From an uncultured Erysipelotrichaceae bacterium (lineage in GTDB: Bacteria > Bacillota_I > Bacilli_A > Erysipelotrichales > Erysipelotrichaceae): DNA of 64,000 bases. The notes under the pieces are model-generated. The model was not told the DNA's origin and searched no databases. It worked only from the letters and a program-made list of their open reading frames with translations. The position numbers were made by a program, and so were the translations under genes. Numbering within the stretch: the first letter of the stretch is position 1; each line of letters starts with the position of its first letter. The stretch lies in assembly GCA_927435855.1 (NCBI GenBank), contig CAKMJZ010000001.1:9297-73296 (forward strand), read 5' to 3'. Shown one piece after another: positions 28,392 to 37,155 of this stretch.

Positions 28392-28841
28392 TTACTTGAA
28401 CCAAAGTTCTATTTCTTTGTGAGCACTCTCATCACTATCTGAAGCATGGATCAAGTTATGTACCAATCTTTGCTCTTCCTTAGCTAAATCCATAGAGTCA
28501 TCACTGTACTTACCGCGAATCGTGTCTTGACCAGCTTTTGAGGGGTCGGTTGCTCCAATCAGTTCTCGAACTTTTAAAACAACATTGTTTTCCTTTGATT
28601 CTATTTCAAATATTCGAACCGTTTTCCCAACGAAATACTTACGTATACGATTAGGAAAGTCTGGCATATTTAACTTCTCAATAACTTCTTGATAATGATT
28701 GATGATCAATGACTCATCTACGACGACTGAATTCCAACGCACGACCTCAATTCCATAGTCTTTAAAGAAAGCGAGAATGTCACTTTCCAAATTCTTTTCA
28801 ATTGCGTCTGGTTTTAACATAATGAACGTACGACTAGCCAT
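28392..28841 (-). CDS. ndk: Nucleoside diphosphate kinase
   Basis: RTFIMLKPDA and NLIHASDS (active-site His). Start set at MASRTF (AGGAGGTGG RBS). Confidence 0.88.
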   Translation of the reverse strand: MASRTFIMLKPDAIEKNLESDILAFFKDYGIEVVRWNSVVVDESLIINHYQEVIEKLNMPDFPNRIRKYFVGKTVRIFEIESKENNVVLKVRELIGATDPSKAGQDTIRGKYSDDSMDLAKEEQRLVHNLIHASDSDESAHKEIELWFK

Positions 28842-28966
28842 AAGCCACCTCCTATGTTTTGTTATTATTATACACATTCCATCGATAAAGGTTCAATCTT
28901 TGTTAGCAATATCGACAACAACTGTTATGTTTTGCGTTATAATTAAATAAACAGGAGGTCTTAATC

Positions 28967-30121
28967 ATGAAATTTGAATTTATGACGGCCAGCCGAATCA
29001 TCGTTGAGCGCGACGGATTGAAACAAATCGGAAAGTTAGCCAAATCATTTGGGCAACGCGTTTTATTGGTTGGGCGATTGGCATCTGATGACACAAAAAA
29101 AGCAATTGAATACTTGCGTAGTGAAGGGTGTGTAGTTACACCGGTCAATGTCAAAGGCGAACCCAGTATTGATTCTATAAATGAAATATTGGCGATTTCG
29201 CGTGAAAATCAATGTGAAGTCATCGTTGCGATTGGTGGTGGCAGCGTTTTAGATAGTGGTAAAACCATCGCGGCGTTGATGACCAACACTAATGACATTA
29301 TGGACTATCTGGAAGTCATCGGTAACGGTGTTGCGGTAAGTAAGAAGTCATTACCATTTATTGCCGTACCGACTACTTCGGGAACCGGTGCGGAAGCCAC
29401 CAAAAACGCCACAATCTTATCAGCCAAACATAAAGTGAAGGTAAGTATTCGCAGTCCGTATATGTTGCCTGATGTCGTATTACTCGACCCTCAACTTACA
29501 GTAAGTGTCCCAAAAGATGTGACAGCTAGTACCGGATTAGACGCTTTGACTCAAGTTTTGGAGCCCTATGTTTCCAAAATGGCCAATCCGATTACTGATG
29601 CTTTTGCGAAGGAAGGATTAGCTCGAGCTGCTCGCTCATTGAAGAAGGCATATGACCAAGGCGATGACATCGACGCTAGAGAGGACATGGCGATTGCCAG
29701 TCTGTTTGGCGGTATATCCTTAGCCAATGCTAAGTTAGGCGCTGTCCATGGCTTTGCGGGGGTCTTAGGCGGTATGTTCCCTATTCCTCATGGTGTAGTG
29801 TGCGCTCGGTTGTTACCATTTGTTACCCGTAAGAATATTGAAGTGCTCAATGCCCGTGATCCGCAAAATCCGGCCGTCAAACGCTATGAAGATGTCGCTA
29901 AGATTCTCACCGACAATCCAAATGCTAGAGCTTTGGATGGAGTAGTTTGGTTGGAAGAATTGTGCGGACATCTCGATGTTGACTCATTAAGTCACTTTGG
30001 TGTTAAAGAAGAGTTCTTTGATGAAATTATTAATAAATCCATGAATGCCAGCAGTATGAAAGGAAATCCGATCGATCTCACATTTGATGAGCTTAAGGAT
30101 ATCCTACAACAAGCACTATAA
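28967..30121 (+). CDS. Iron-containing alcohol dehydrogenase family protein
   Basis: GGGSVLDSGK and PTTSGTGAE motifs plus His metal ligands. AGGAGG RBS. Confidence 0.85.
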   Translation: MKFEFMTASRIIVERDGLKQIGKLAKSFGQRVLLVGRLASDDTKKAIEYLRSEGCVVTPVNVKGEPSIDSINEILAISRENQCEVIVAIGGGSVLDSGKTIAALMTNTNDIMDYLEVIGNGVAVSKKSLPFIAVPTTSGTGAEATKNATILSAKHKVKVSIRSPYMLPDVVLLDPQLTVSVPKDVTASTGLDALTQVLEPYVSKMANPITDAFAKEGLARAARSLKKAYDQGDDIDAREDMAIASLFGGISLANAKLGAVHGFAGVLGGMFPIPHGVVCARLLPFVTRKNIEVLNARDPQNPAVKRYEDVAKILTDNPNARALDGVVWLEELCGHLDVDSLSHFGVKEEFFDEIINKSMNASSMKGNPIDLTFDELKDILQQAL

Positions 30122-30147
30122 GAAAAAGGGTTGAGCGATTCAACCCT

Positions 30148-30909
30148 TTAAACATTTTTAGCCACAAATACAATGTGATTACTGTATCCCAGACACTCAG
30201 ATTTCTCACAGGTATGAAAATGGAAATTCAACCACTCTCCAAATTGATCCTCGGACATTGCATTAATCTTATCACCCAAAAGTTCCGAAAGTCCATCTGC
30301 GGCGAAGTGAGCGACCTTTTCAAGACCACTTTTCTTCATCAACTGACGCATTTGTCCAACAGTTATAAAACAAAACGGACCGTCCTTGACTCTGAAAGGA
30401 TTCTCGTAGTGCTCACTATTTAGAAATTTGGAATTGTAAAGCATCGTCTCCGTCACAAATACCATGTCATTACTTATATAGGCAAAGAAAATGATGCCAC
30501 CTTTTTTGCACACTCTTTTTGCTTCTTCAACACACTTCATTTTGCCCTGAACTGAAGAAAGATGATAGAGTGGCCCCAAACACAGAACCAAATCAAAACT
30601 ATGATCAGCAAACATGGATAAATCTATAGCATTACCTTCGAATATATCAATATTAGGAATCATGTATAAACTATTCTTCATCTTGATAACATTGGGTTTA
30701 GCCAGTTCGACTGCGCTGACATGATGTCCAAGTTCAGCAAACAATTTCGTATATACTCCGGTTCCCGCCCCGATATCCAACACTCGATCCCCGGCTTTAA
30801 TGTACTTTTTAATAAAGTTAAGTGTAGTATAAAACTCGATTCGACTTGCCCGATTTTTACTTAATCGCAATTCTTCATTAAACTGTGAGTATAGTTCATT
30901 CAGTTCCAT
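30148..30909 (-). CDS. Class I SAM-dependent methyltransferase
   Basis: Motif I VLDIGAGTGVYT, with an acidic residue at the end of strand 2 (AVE). Confidence 0.8.
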   Translation of the reverse strand: MELNELYSQFNEELRLSKNRASRIEFYTTLNFIKKYIKAGDRVLDIGAGTGVYTKLFAELGHHVSAVELAKPNVIKMKNSLYMIPNIDIFEGNAIDLSMFADHSFDLVLCLGPLYHLSSVQGKMKCVEEAKRVCKKGGIIFFAYISNDMVFVTETMLYNSKFLNSEHYENPFRVKDGPFCFITVGQMRQLMKKSGLEKVAHFAADGLSELLGDKINAMSEDQFGEWLNFHFHTCEKSECLGYSNHIVFVAKNV

Positions 30910-31055
30910 AAGCTCCCCCCGATTTCCGATGATTTTATTATCAACATTTAATCAGACAATGTCAAATATCGATGCGAAAAGAGTGCAAGTCGTAGTTAAA
31001 AGGTATACAATAAACATATATTAAATTGTATAAAATTTAAATTGGGAGAAAAACT

Positions 31056-31394
31056 ATGAAAATCGGGAAATTTATCGCAATATTGGGAATACTGGCTATG
31101 ACCGCCGCTTTAGTTTATGGTTTTACTGTAGGAGACTTTGGGGCAGATGGAGCATTGATACTGGCCAATCCATGGGGAATCGTCTCATTGGTCGATTTGT
31201 ACACCGGATTTGTCTTATTCTCTTTGTGGATTTACTTTAGAGAAAGTAATCTGATGATTGCTATCTTGTGGATCATTGCTATGATGGTCTTGGGATTCTT
31301 TACCGGAGCGGTTTATGTGCTCTACGCATTTTTGACAAGCAAGAACGATTGGCTCACTTTTTTCTTAGGTGCACGTAAGAATAAGCTTGTATGA
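31056..31394 (+). CDS. Small membrane protein (DUF1475-like)
   Basis: Three or four TM helices. ...NPWGIVSLVDLYTGF... resembles DUF1475. Confidence 0.5.
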   Translation: MKIGKFIAILGILAMTAALVYGFTVGDFGADGALILANPWGIVSLVDLYTGFVLFSLWIYFRESNLMIAILWIIAMMVLGFFTGAVYVLYAFLTSKNDWLTFFLGARKNKLV

Positions 31395-32059
31395 ACAAAG
31401 GAAAAGAAATACTAGAAGAACTGACATCGGTGTTATCCGGAAAAACTTTAGATGCTATCCTTCCACCTTTGATATTCGTTATCGTCAATTCTATCTATGG
31501 ACTGACAACAGCCATCATCGTCGCTCTTATCATATCAGCAACTTTCGGTATATATCGGTTAGTACGTAAGCAATCAGGATTATATGCATTGGGTGGATCA
31601 CTTGGAATCTTAATAGCAGGTGGCTTTGCCTTTCTTGCAAATAATGCCTCAAACTACTTTTTGCCCGGCATCGTAACCAATGCGTTTGTGTTAATATTGA
31701 CTGTTGTGACATTAATTATTGATAAACCCTTTGCTGCCTATGCCAGTCACTTAACTCGCGGATGGTCATTGGATTGGTTTTGGCGAAAAGATATAAAGCC
31801 CGCTTATCGGGAAGTGACTTATATGTGGTCTCTGTTCTTTCTGATTCGCACGATTATTCAAGTAACCTTATTCTTATCTGACAATGTCGATGCACTGGTA
31901 TGGGCAAACACGATCATGGGATTGCCTGTGACAGTTGCCGTATTGGTCTTGAGTTATATTTATGGAATTTGGCGGTTGAGGAATCTAAATGGTCCTGGAA
32001 TTGATGAGTATTTGGAAAATAAAAATGCCCCCTTTCGAGGGCAGACTAGAGGATTTTGA
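31391..32059 (+). CDS. Hypothetical polytopic membrane protein (possibly DUF3159-like)
   Basis: ATGA overlap with the upstream gene. 5-6 TM helices. No diagnostic motif. Confidence 0.4.
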   Translation: MNKGKEILEELTSVLSGKTLDAILPPLIFVIVNSIYGLTTAIIVALIISATFGIYRLVRKQSGLYALGGSLGILIAGGFAFLANNASNYFLPGIVTNAFVLILTVVTLIIDKPFAAYASHLTRGWSLDWFWRKDIKPAYREVTYMWSLFFLIRTIIQVTLFLSDNVDALVWANTIMGLPVTVAVLVLSYIYGIWRLRNLNGPGIDEYLENKNAPFRGQTRGF

Positions 32060-32067
32060 TTATTAGG

Positions 32068-32091
32068 AAAGTGGACGATTCCACTTTTTTA
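32068..32091 (+). terminator. Rho-independent terminator
   Basis: aagtgga-cgat-tccactt hairpin followed by TTTTTT. Confidence 0.7.
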
Positions 32092-32102
32092 TTTATTTTT
32101 AA

Positions 32103-32896
32103 CTATTCACCCGATGCTAAAGGGGTAGGTGAAATAACTAGATCCTGAGCATCTTTCAATATGACGCCTGCTTTTTGCAAGTATTTCATAAAGTATAAGA
32201 AGGCTAGTTCTACTACACCGGTTACTAGGCGAACACTTACTGAAAGGATAACCATTTGAACAATCTGATCCCAAGGTCTTACGCCAACAAATGCTAGTAA
32301 TGTAAAGATTAAAGCATTTACAGTTAATCCAACGGAAGTAGAAACAAAGACACGCAACCATAACATACTACCTTTCGTGCGTGCTTTTAGCTTAGCGAAA
32401 ATGTGTACATTCAATAAACCACCAATGTATGTTGCGGTGATACTAGCAAATGCTACACGCGGAACAATCCCCATGAGTTTGGCAAACATATCGAAGTTTT
32501 CTTGGCCATTTGCCGGAGCTGGTAAGAAGATGATCCAAATTAAGAATAAAGTTGATAGTACTCGGACGACCATTTGGGCAAATACCGAAGATCTGCGAGT
32601 TTTTTACCATAGAATTCATTAATATAATCTTCTCCGCAAGCCAATAGTGGATACATAAGTGATCCGGCAATGATGAAGAATGTTTGACCACCAAAGGTAA
32701 GTCCAACAAATTTCGCGGATGTAAAGGAGACCATGATTTGTAAGCCGGACATTAAGGCAACCAAGATGACAGGAGCATATCCTTTGCCATAGCGATCTGC
32801 CCAAACAGCGGCGATGACGATGATGATTAGGCCATACCCTAATGTAATAAGTAGATTAGGGACACCTGACCAAGGACCAGTAATAAAAGGTACCAT
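32103..32896 (-). pseudogene. VUT-family (YhhQ/DUF165, queuosine-precursor-type) transporter interrupted by a frameshift
   Basis: Two consecutive ORFs (32540-32926 and 32103-32573) are the N- and C-halves of one VUT protein. Adding one A to the A6 run (plus-strand T6 at 32600-32605) restores ...EFYGKKTRRSSVFAQMVVRVLST... Confidence 0.75.
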
Positions 32897-32929
32897 TTCT
32901 TTCTCCTCCTTAAGAGTTTTTATCAATAA

Positions 32930-33811
32930 TTATGTAACTAAGACTGCTTTTAATACTTCCATAGAAACTGTAAATATCGGGTTCACAACTTGTGCTATTT
33001 TTAGATTTCCCGTTTGTCCGACAAGAGCATAAGCCTCATCGAATGAACAGTTATTCTTATTTTGAACAAATGCGATTGCTGTTTTTGTTGCTTCCTTACA
33101 GGCTGTTAACAAATCAGCATGTGATGAAACAAATTCAAAGCTTATCGGAGTTTCAACGTAAGGAGCATCTAGTCTACGGTTTTTCTCAACAGTAACCACG
33201 ATTTCCACTGTACTGCCAATTTCTACACCCGTACCCAGAACTTCCCCTGCTCCCATCGCTGCGTGTACATCGCCTAAGGATAATAATCCACCTTCAACTT
33301 GTACAGGCAAGTAAACTGTGTTGCCGGTTGTTACTGCCGGAACATCCATATTACCGCCATGCAGTCCTGGGTATAAACATGCTATATCATCCCCTGCTGG
33401 TGCAACTCCGATAGTTCCTATCATAGGCATAATCGGAATCTTAATATTTTTACTGAAATTCACGAATCCATTTTCAACAGTAACCTTCTTCAAGAAACAA
33501 TGATCGACTTCATCCATCAGTAATCCCATCCACTGGCCCATCCACATCTTACCTGCGGAATCAAGATCTATACTTTGAATATCGATTTTAAGGACATCCC
33601 CTGCATTGCAGTCTTCAATATAGATTGGGCCTGTGATTGAAAGGATTCTTTTTGGAAACGGTTCCACGTTATAGTCTTTTGTAAAGACTTCATCAGGAAT
33701 CCCTGGTTTTGCGGTTTCAACAATGAGCTTATCTCCGCTTCTAGCTTTGATTGCTGGTTCATTGTTTTTAGACATAACATGAATAATATTTTGTGTTGTG
33801 ACTTTATTCAT
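32930..33811 (-). CDS. Acetamidase/formamidase-family amidase
   Basis: 293 aa. The N-terminal layout and the GGNMD / GDVHAAMGAGE motifs are typical of FmdA/AmdA. Confidence 0.8.
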   Translation of the reverse strand: MNKVTTQNIIHVMSKNNEPAIKARSGDKLIVETAKPGIPDEVFTKDYNVEPFPKRILSITGPIYIEDCNAGDVLKIDIQSIDLDSAGKMWMGQWMGLLMDEVDHCFLKKVTVENGFVNFSKNIKIPIMPMIGTIGVAPAGDDIACLYPGLHGGNMDVPAVTTGNTVYLPVQVEGGLLSLGDVHAAMGAGEVLGTGVEIGSTVEIVVTVEKNRRLDAPYVETPISFEFVSSHADLLTACKEATKTAIAFVQNKNNCSFDEAYALVGQTGNLKIAQVVNPIFTVSMEVLKAVLVT

Positions 33812-33818
33812 ACATTAT

Positions 33819-33917
33819 CTCCTTTCTTTAATCAAATCCAAATTCAATCCCTTTATAACTATCTTATTAACAACTCCTTTCTTTAATTAAATTCAAATTC
33901 AATCCCTTAGTAACTAT
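33819..33917. repeat. Tandem duplication (period 55 bp) of the acetamidase 5' leader, including its Shine-Dalgarno
   Basis: 44-nt units at 33819-33862 and 33874-33917 are identical at 40/44 positions. Each carries AAAGAAAGGAG on the minus strand. Confidence 0.85.
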
Positions 33918-33953
33918 TTCTATGCAACTTGCACTATGTTAATTGCATAGAAA
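33917..33953. promoter_or_regulatory. 11-bp perfect inverted repeat (operator or U-tract-less hairpin)
   Basis: TTTCTATGCAA-N15-TTGCATAGAAA. The loop contains ATGCAACTTGCAC, also seen at 37124-37136. Confidence 0.5.
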
Positions 33954-34037
33954 TACGACCTTTTTGTGCGAATTGAGTAACTCTTAAGCTGATTAATTAT
34001 TTTGAATCAACCTTTTCAATCTCTTTTACTTTGGTCT

Positions 34038-35906
34038 TTACGCAGGTACCATTGGTCCTTGTTTCTTCTTACGAGCAATCTGTAACAAAACAACTAAGAT
34101 AATCAACCCAAAACCGATCATATCTGTTGTAAAGCCAGAGAGAATTAACAAGATTGAGGCGACAACTAGCAATGCCCTGTCAAAATAGTTAGTAACGGTT
34201 AGCAGATATCCTTGCATAACGGCTGAGAATGCCAGAACACCAACCAGACTGGTCGTAAACGCCCAGAAGATTTGACCAGGCTCGCCAACCCATAGCAGAT
34301 AAGGAATATAAACGAACATTAATGGAACATAGTATATGGACAGTCCCATTCGTAGAGAGTACCAACCGGTCTTCCATGTGTCCGCACCGGCAATCGCCGC
34401 GGCAACGTAGGCCGATAGACATACAGGCGGTGTAATAACGGATAATTGACTGGTCCAGAAAACGAAGAAGTGAGCAGTCAATAGAGGTACGCCCATATCT
34501 ACTAATGCTGGAGCGGCCAAAGTTACAAGAACCAAGTAAGCAGAAGATACATTCATTCCCATACCCAAGACAAAGCTTGCAGCCATAACCAATACTAAGG
34601 CTATTGGCAGATTTCCATTGGCTAATTGAATGATGATTGAGCTAAATTTCATACCTAACCCTGGCAATGAAATTGCAGCTACTAAGATACCGACGGCACC
34701 GGCTGTTGTGGCTAAAGCCAAAGAGCTTTTTCCGCCATCCGCCAAAGCATTGAATAAATCTTTGAGTGACATGCGAGTATCTTTTCTGATCATTGAAGCT
34801 AAATAGCAACTGACTATTGCCCAGAAACCAGCCATCGAAGGTGAGAAACCATTGGACAAGAAGTAAATAATGACTCCGATAGGCAGGAAGAAATACCAGC
34901 CTTTCTTTAATACATCCCATGCTTTTGGAAGTTCATCTACTGGAATTCCTTTCAAATCTGATCGTTTTGCTTCAAGATAGACCATAAAGACCATACTGAA
35001 GAAAAATAGCAATGCAGGCAATAAACCAGCCATAGCGATGGTCAAATATGGAACACCGACAAAAGCAGCCATTAAGAAAGCCGCTGCACCCATGACAGGT
35101 GGCATAAACTGCCCCCCAATGGATACTACAGCTTCAATTGCTGCAGCTACATGTGGTTTGTATCCGCGAGATAGCATCATTGGAATCGTGACAGATCCAG
35201 TAATCGCTGTATTGGCTGTGGAAGACCCCAAAACTGAGCCTAACATCCACGAAGATACAACAGCCGTTTGTCCGGCACCACCGGTAAAACGTCCGACAGC
35301 CGCTTTGGAAAGTTCAACAAAGAAATCTCCTGCCCCAGAAGCTTTAATAAAACTTCCGAAAATGACAAATAAGAAAATAAAGGTAGAGAATACATAGACA
35401 ACCGATCCAAAGATACCTTCAGTACTTGCATACAAGACACTGATGATACGGTTGATGCTGTAACCACGATGGTAAATCACGGTAGGCATATATTTGCCAA
35501 AGTAGGTATAGGCTAAAAAGACGAGCGCAATAATTGCCAATGAATTACCGACGGTTCGCCGACTTGCTTCAAGGACAAGAAATACTGCCAGAATACCCAT
35601 TGATAATTCAATCGTCGTTAGTGGAATTCCTGCATTGGTTGTGAATTTATCAAAATTCATGATAAAGTAAGCGATTGTTGCTGTAGATAATAAGATCAAA
35701 ACATAATCTGATATTTTAACAGGCAGACTGGCTTCTTTTTTCCTATTGGGATTGATTAAAAAGGCCAATACCAAAGCAAACCAAATATATAATCCACGAG
35801 TGTACTGTACTTGCCAGAATCCAAAGGCAGCTTGATAGATAAACACAACCGAAAAAACAGCTGCCAATATACTTATTAAAAGCGCTTTTTTATTTTTTAC
35901 TTCCAT
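34038..35906 (-). CDS. TRAP transporter fused permease (4TM/12TM, TAXI-associated type)
   Basis: 622 aa and highly hydrophobic. The N-terminus (IYQAAFGFW...YTRGLYIWFALVLAFL) is typical of fused TRAP permeases. Confidence 0.88.
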   Translation of the reverse strand: MEVKNKKALLISILAAVFSVVFIYQAAFGFWQVQYTRGLYIWFALVLAFLINPNRKKEASLPVKISDYVLILLSTATIAYFIMNFDKFTTNAGIPLTTIELSMGILAVFLVLEASRRTVGNSLAIIALVFLAYTYFGKYMPTVIYHRGYSINRIISVLYASTEGIFGSVVYVFSTFIFLFVIFGSFIKASGAGDFFVELSKAAVGRFTGGAGQTAVVSSWMLGSVLGSSTANTAITGSVTIPMMLSRGYKPHVAAAIEAVVSIGGQFMPPVMGAAAFLMAAFVGVPYLTIAMAGLLPALLFFFSMVFMVYLEAKRSDLKGIPVDELPKAWDVLKKGWYFFLPIGVIIYFLSNGFSPSMAGFWAIVSCYLASMIRKDTRMSLKDLFNALADGGKSSLALATTAGAVGILVAAISLPGLGMKFSSIIIQLANGNLPIALVLVMAASFVLGMGMNVSSAYLVLVTLAAPALVDMGVPLLTAHFFVFWTSQLSVITPPVCLSAYVAAAIAGADTWKTGWYSLRMGLSIYYVPLMFVYIPYLLWVGEPGQIFWAFTTSLVGVLAFSAVMQGYLLTVTNYFDRALLVVASILLILSGFTTDMIGFGLIILVVLLQIARKKKQGPMVPA

Positions 35907-35948
35907 AGAAATATCCTCCCTCTAGAAAGCTTATCCAATCATAAGCAA

Positions 35949-35976
35949 TTTTAGTAGGGAGTGACCCCTACTAAAA
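35949..35976 (-). other. Intercistronic 11-bp hairpin between the TAXI SBP and permease genes
   Basis: ttttagtaggg...ccctactaaaa perfect stem with no strong U-tract. Likely an mRNA stabiliser or attenuator. Confidence 0.45.
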
Positions 35977-35988
35977 TTATTTCATTGA

Positions 35989-36966
35989 CTACTTAACGTC
36001 ACCAGTTTCCTTATAAAACTTTAGTGCACCTGGATGTAAAGGTAATGCGATTTTCTCGAAGCGTTCAATACCCGGAGACATTTCCCTGAATGCAGCTTGT
36101 ACATTTTTTAAATATTCTCTTCCGCTTGTACTAAACATTGTCTTTAACATCTCATAGATGACCCATTCAGGAACATCTTCATTTGCAACCCAAATTACAG
36201 AATAACCAACTGTTAATAGCGGTTGCTTAACACTAGTGTAAACACCAACCGGTACAGTATAGGATACATGATATGGATAGTCCGTTAAGAACTTGTCAAC
36301 ACGGGCTTGATCAACCGGAATTAAGCGCATCGGATGCGATGCTTCAAGTTCGATCAATGCAGGAATCGGAGATGTACCACCAATGATTAACGCATCAATG
36401 TGTCCATCGCGTAAAGAAGAAGCTGAATCATCGAAACTTAAGTACTCGATGGAAATCTTATCAAACAAGCCTACAGAAGTTAAGAATTCAGTAGCTACCG
36501 AAGCACTACCCGAACCTTTAGGTCCGATGGATACTTTTTTGCCTACTAAGTCATCAAGTGTAAAGATATCATATTTTTCTAAAGTTACAAAGTTAAGTGC
36601 GCCATCGTGAATATTAGCAACAGCACGTAGACCTTCGTATTTTTGATCTACAAACTCTGCTAAACCCCGTTGAATGTTGTAAGCTGTAGATCCGTAAGCG
36701 AATCCCATTTCGGTTTCGCCAGCAGCCATTAATCGAACATTTTCAACAACACCTTTGGTAACTTCTGCTGTGACTGTAAGTCCTTCGACTTCATTTGTGA
36801 CTAAGGATGAAATACCTGCTCCTGCAACATAGAATGTTCCGCCTTGACCACTGGTGGCAAAGGATACATCGGCTCTGCGGTCGCCCTCTTCGCCCGGTGC
36901 TCCGCAACCGACCAGCAATGAGGCTAGAAGAATTAAGCTGATTAACATTTTGGAAAAATTTTTCAT
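35989..36966 (-). CDS. TAXI-family TRAP solute-binding lipoprotein
   Basis: Lipobox LLVGC. GGTFYVAGAGISSLV...VTAEVTKGVVENVRLMAAGETEMGF matches the TAXI signature. Confidence 0.88.
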   Translation of the reverse strand: MKNFSKMLISLILLASLLVGCGAPGEEGDRRADVSFATSGQGGTFYVAGAGISSLVTNEVEGLTVTAEVTKGVVENVRLMAAGETEMGFAYGSTAYNIQRGLAEFVDQKYEGLRAVANIHDGALNFVTLEKYDIFTLDDLVGKKVSIGPKGSGSASVATEFLTSVGLFDKISIEYLSFDDSASSLRDGHIDALIIGGTSPIPALIELEASHPMRLIPVDQARVDKFLTDYPYHVSYTVPVGVYTSVKQPLLTVGYSVIWVANEDVPEWVIYEMLKTMFSTSGREYLKNVQAAFREMSPGIERFEKIALPLHPGALKFYKETGDVK

Positions 36967-37028
36967 TTTTTACCCTCTCTTTTCATAAAAGATTATGTTA
37001 TAAACATACTGCTAAACTTAGGAAATTT

Positions 37029-37042
37029 CGCAAGCGCTTTCA
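37029..37042. promoter_or_regulatory. cre-like (CcpA) box in the TAXI-TRAP leader
   Basis: Minus strand: TGAAAGCGCTTGCG. Lies downstream of the candidate -10. Confidence 0.45.
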
Positions 37043-37049
37043 CTTACTA

Positions 37050-37066
37050 AATGCAATTGCATTATA
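37050..37066 (-). promoter_or_regulatory. Extended -10 promoter overlapped by a 14-bp perfect palindrome (operator)
   Basis: Minus strand: TGATATAAT (-10 at 37061-37066), overlapping AATGCAATTGCATT (37050-37063). Confidence 0.5.
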
Positions 37067-37155
37067 TCATTGAGGTTTTTTAGATACATCAACCAAAATG
37101 CATAAATTTTCGCATTATTTATTGTGCAATTTGCATAATCTATACATTATCTTGT

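Noticed and set aside
32443-32709. 88-aa third-frame ORF across the VUT frameshift region
   Set aside because: It is the frame reached by deleting, rather than adding, an A. Its translation (…KNSQIFGICPNGRP…) has no transporter character. The +1A reading joins the two VUT halves seamlessly.
33819-33917. Possible CRISPR-like or mobile-element repeat
   Set aside because: There are only two copies separated by 11 nt. There is no spacer-repeat periodicity, no cas genes and no terminal inverted repeats. It is better explained as a local tandem duplication of a leader.
35038-35397. 119-aa ORF, plus many similar 60-110-aa ORFs antisense to the TRAP, DUF1116, FdrA, fab and acc genes
   Set aside because: All lie inside and opposite well-supported genes. 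They lack RBSs and have Ala/Pro/Ser/Thr-rich shadow-frame composition.
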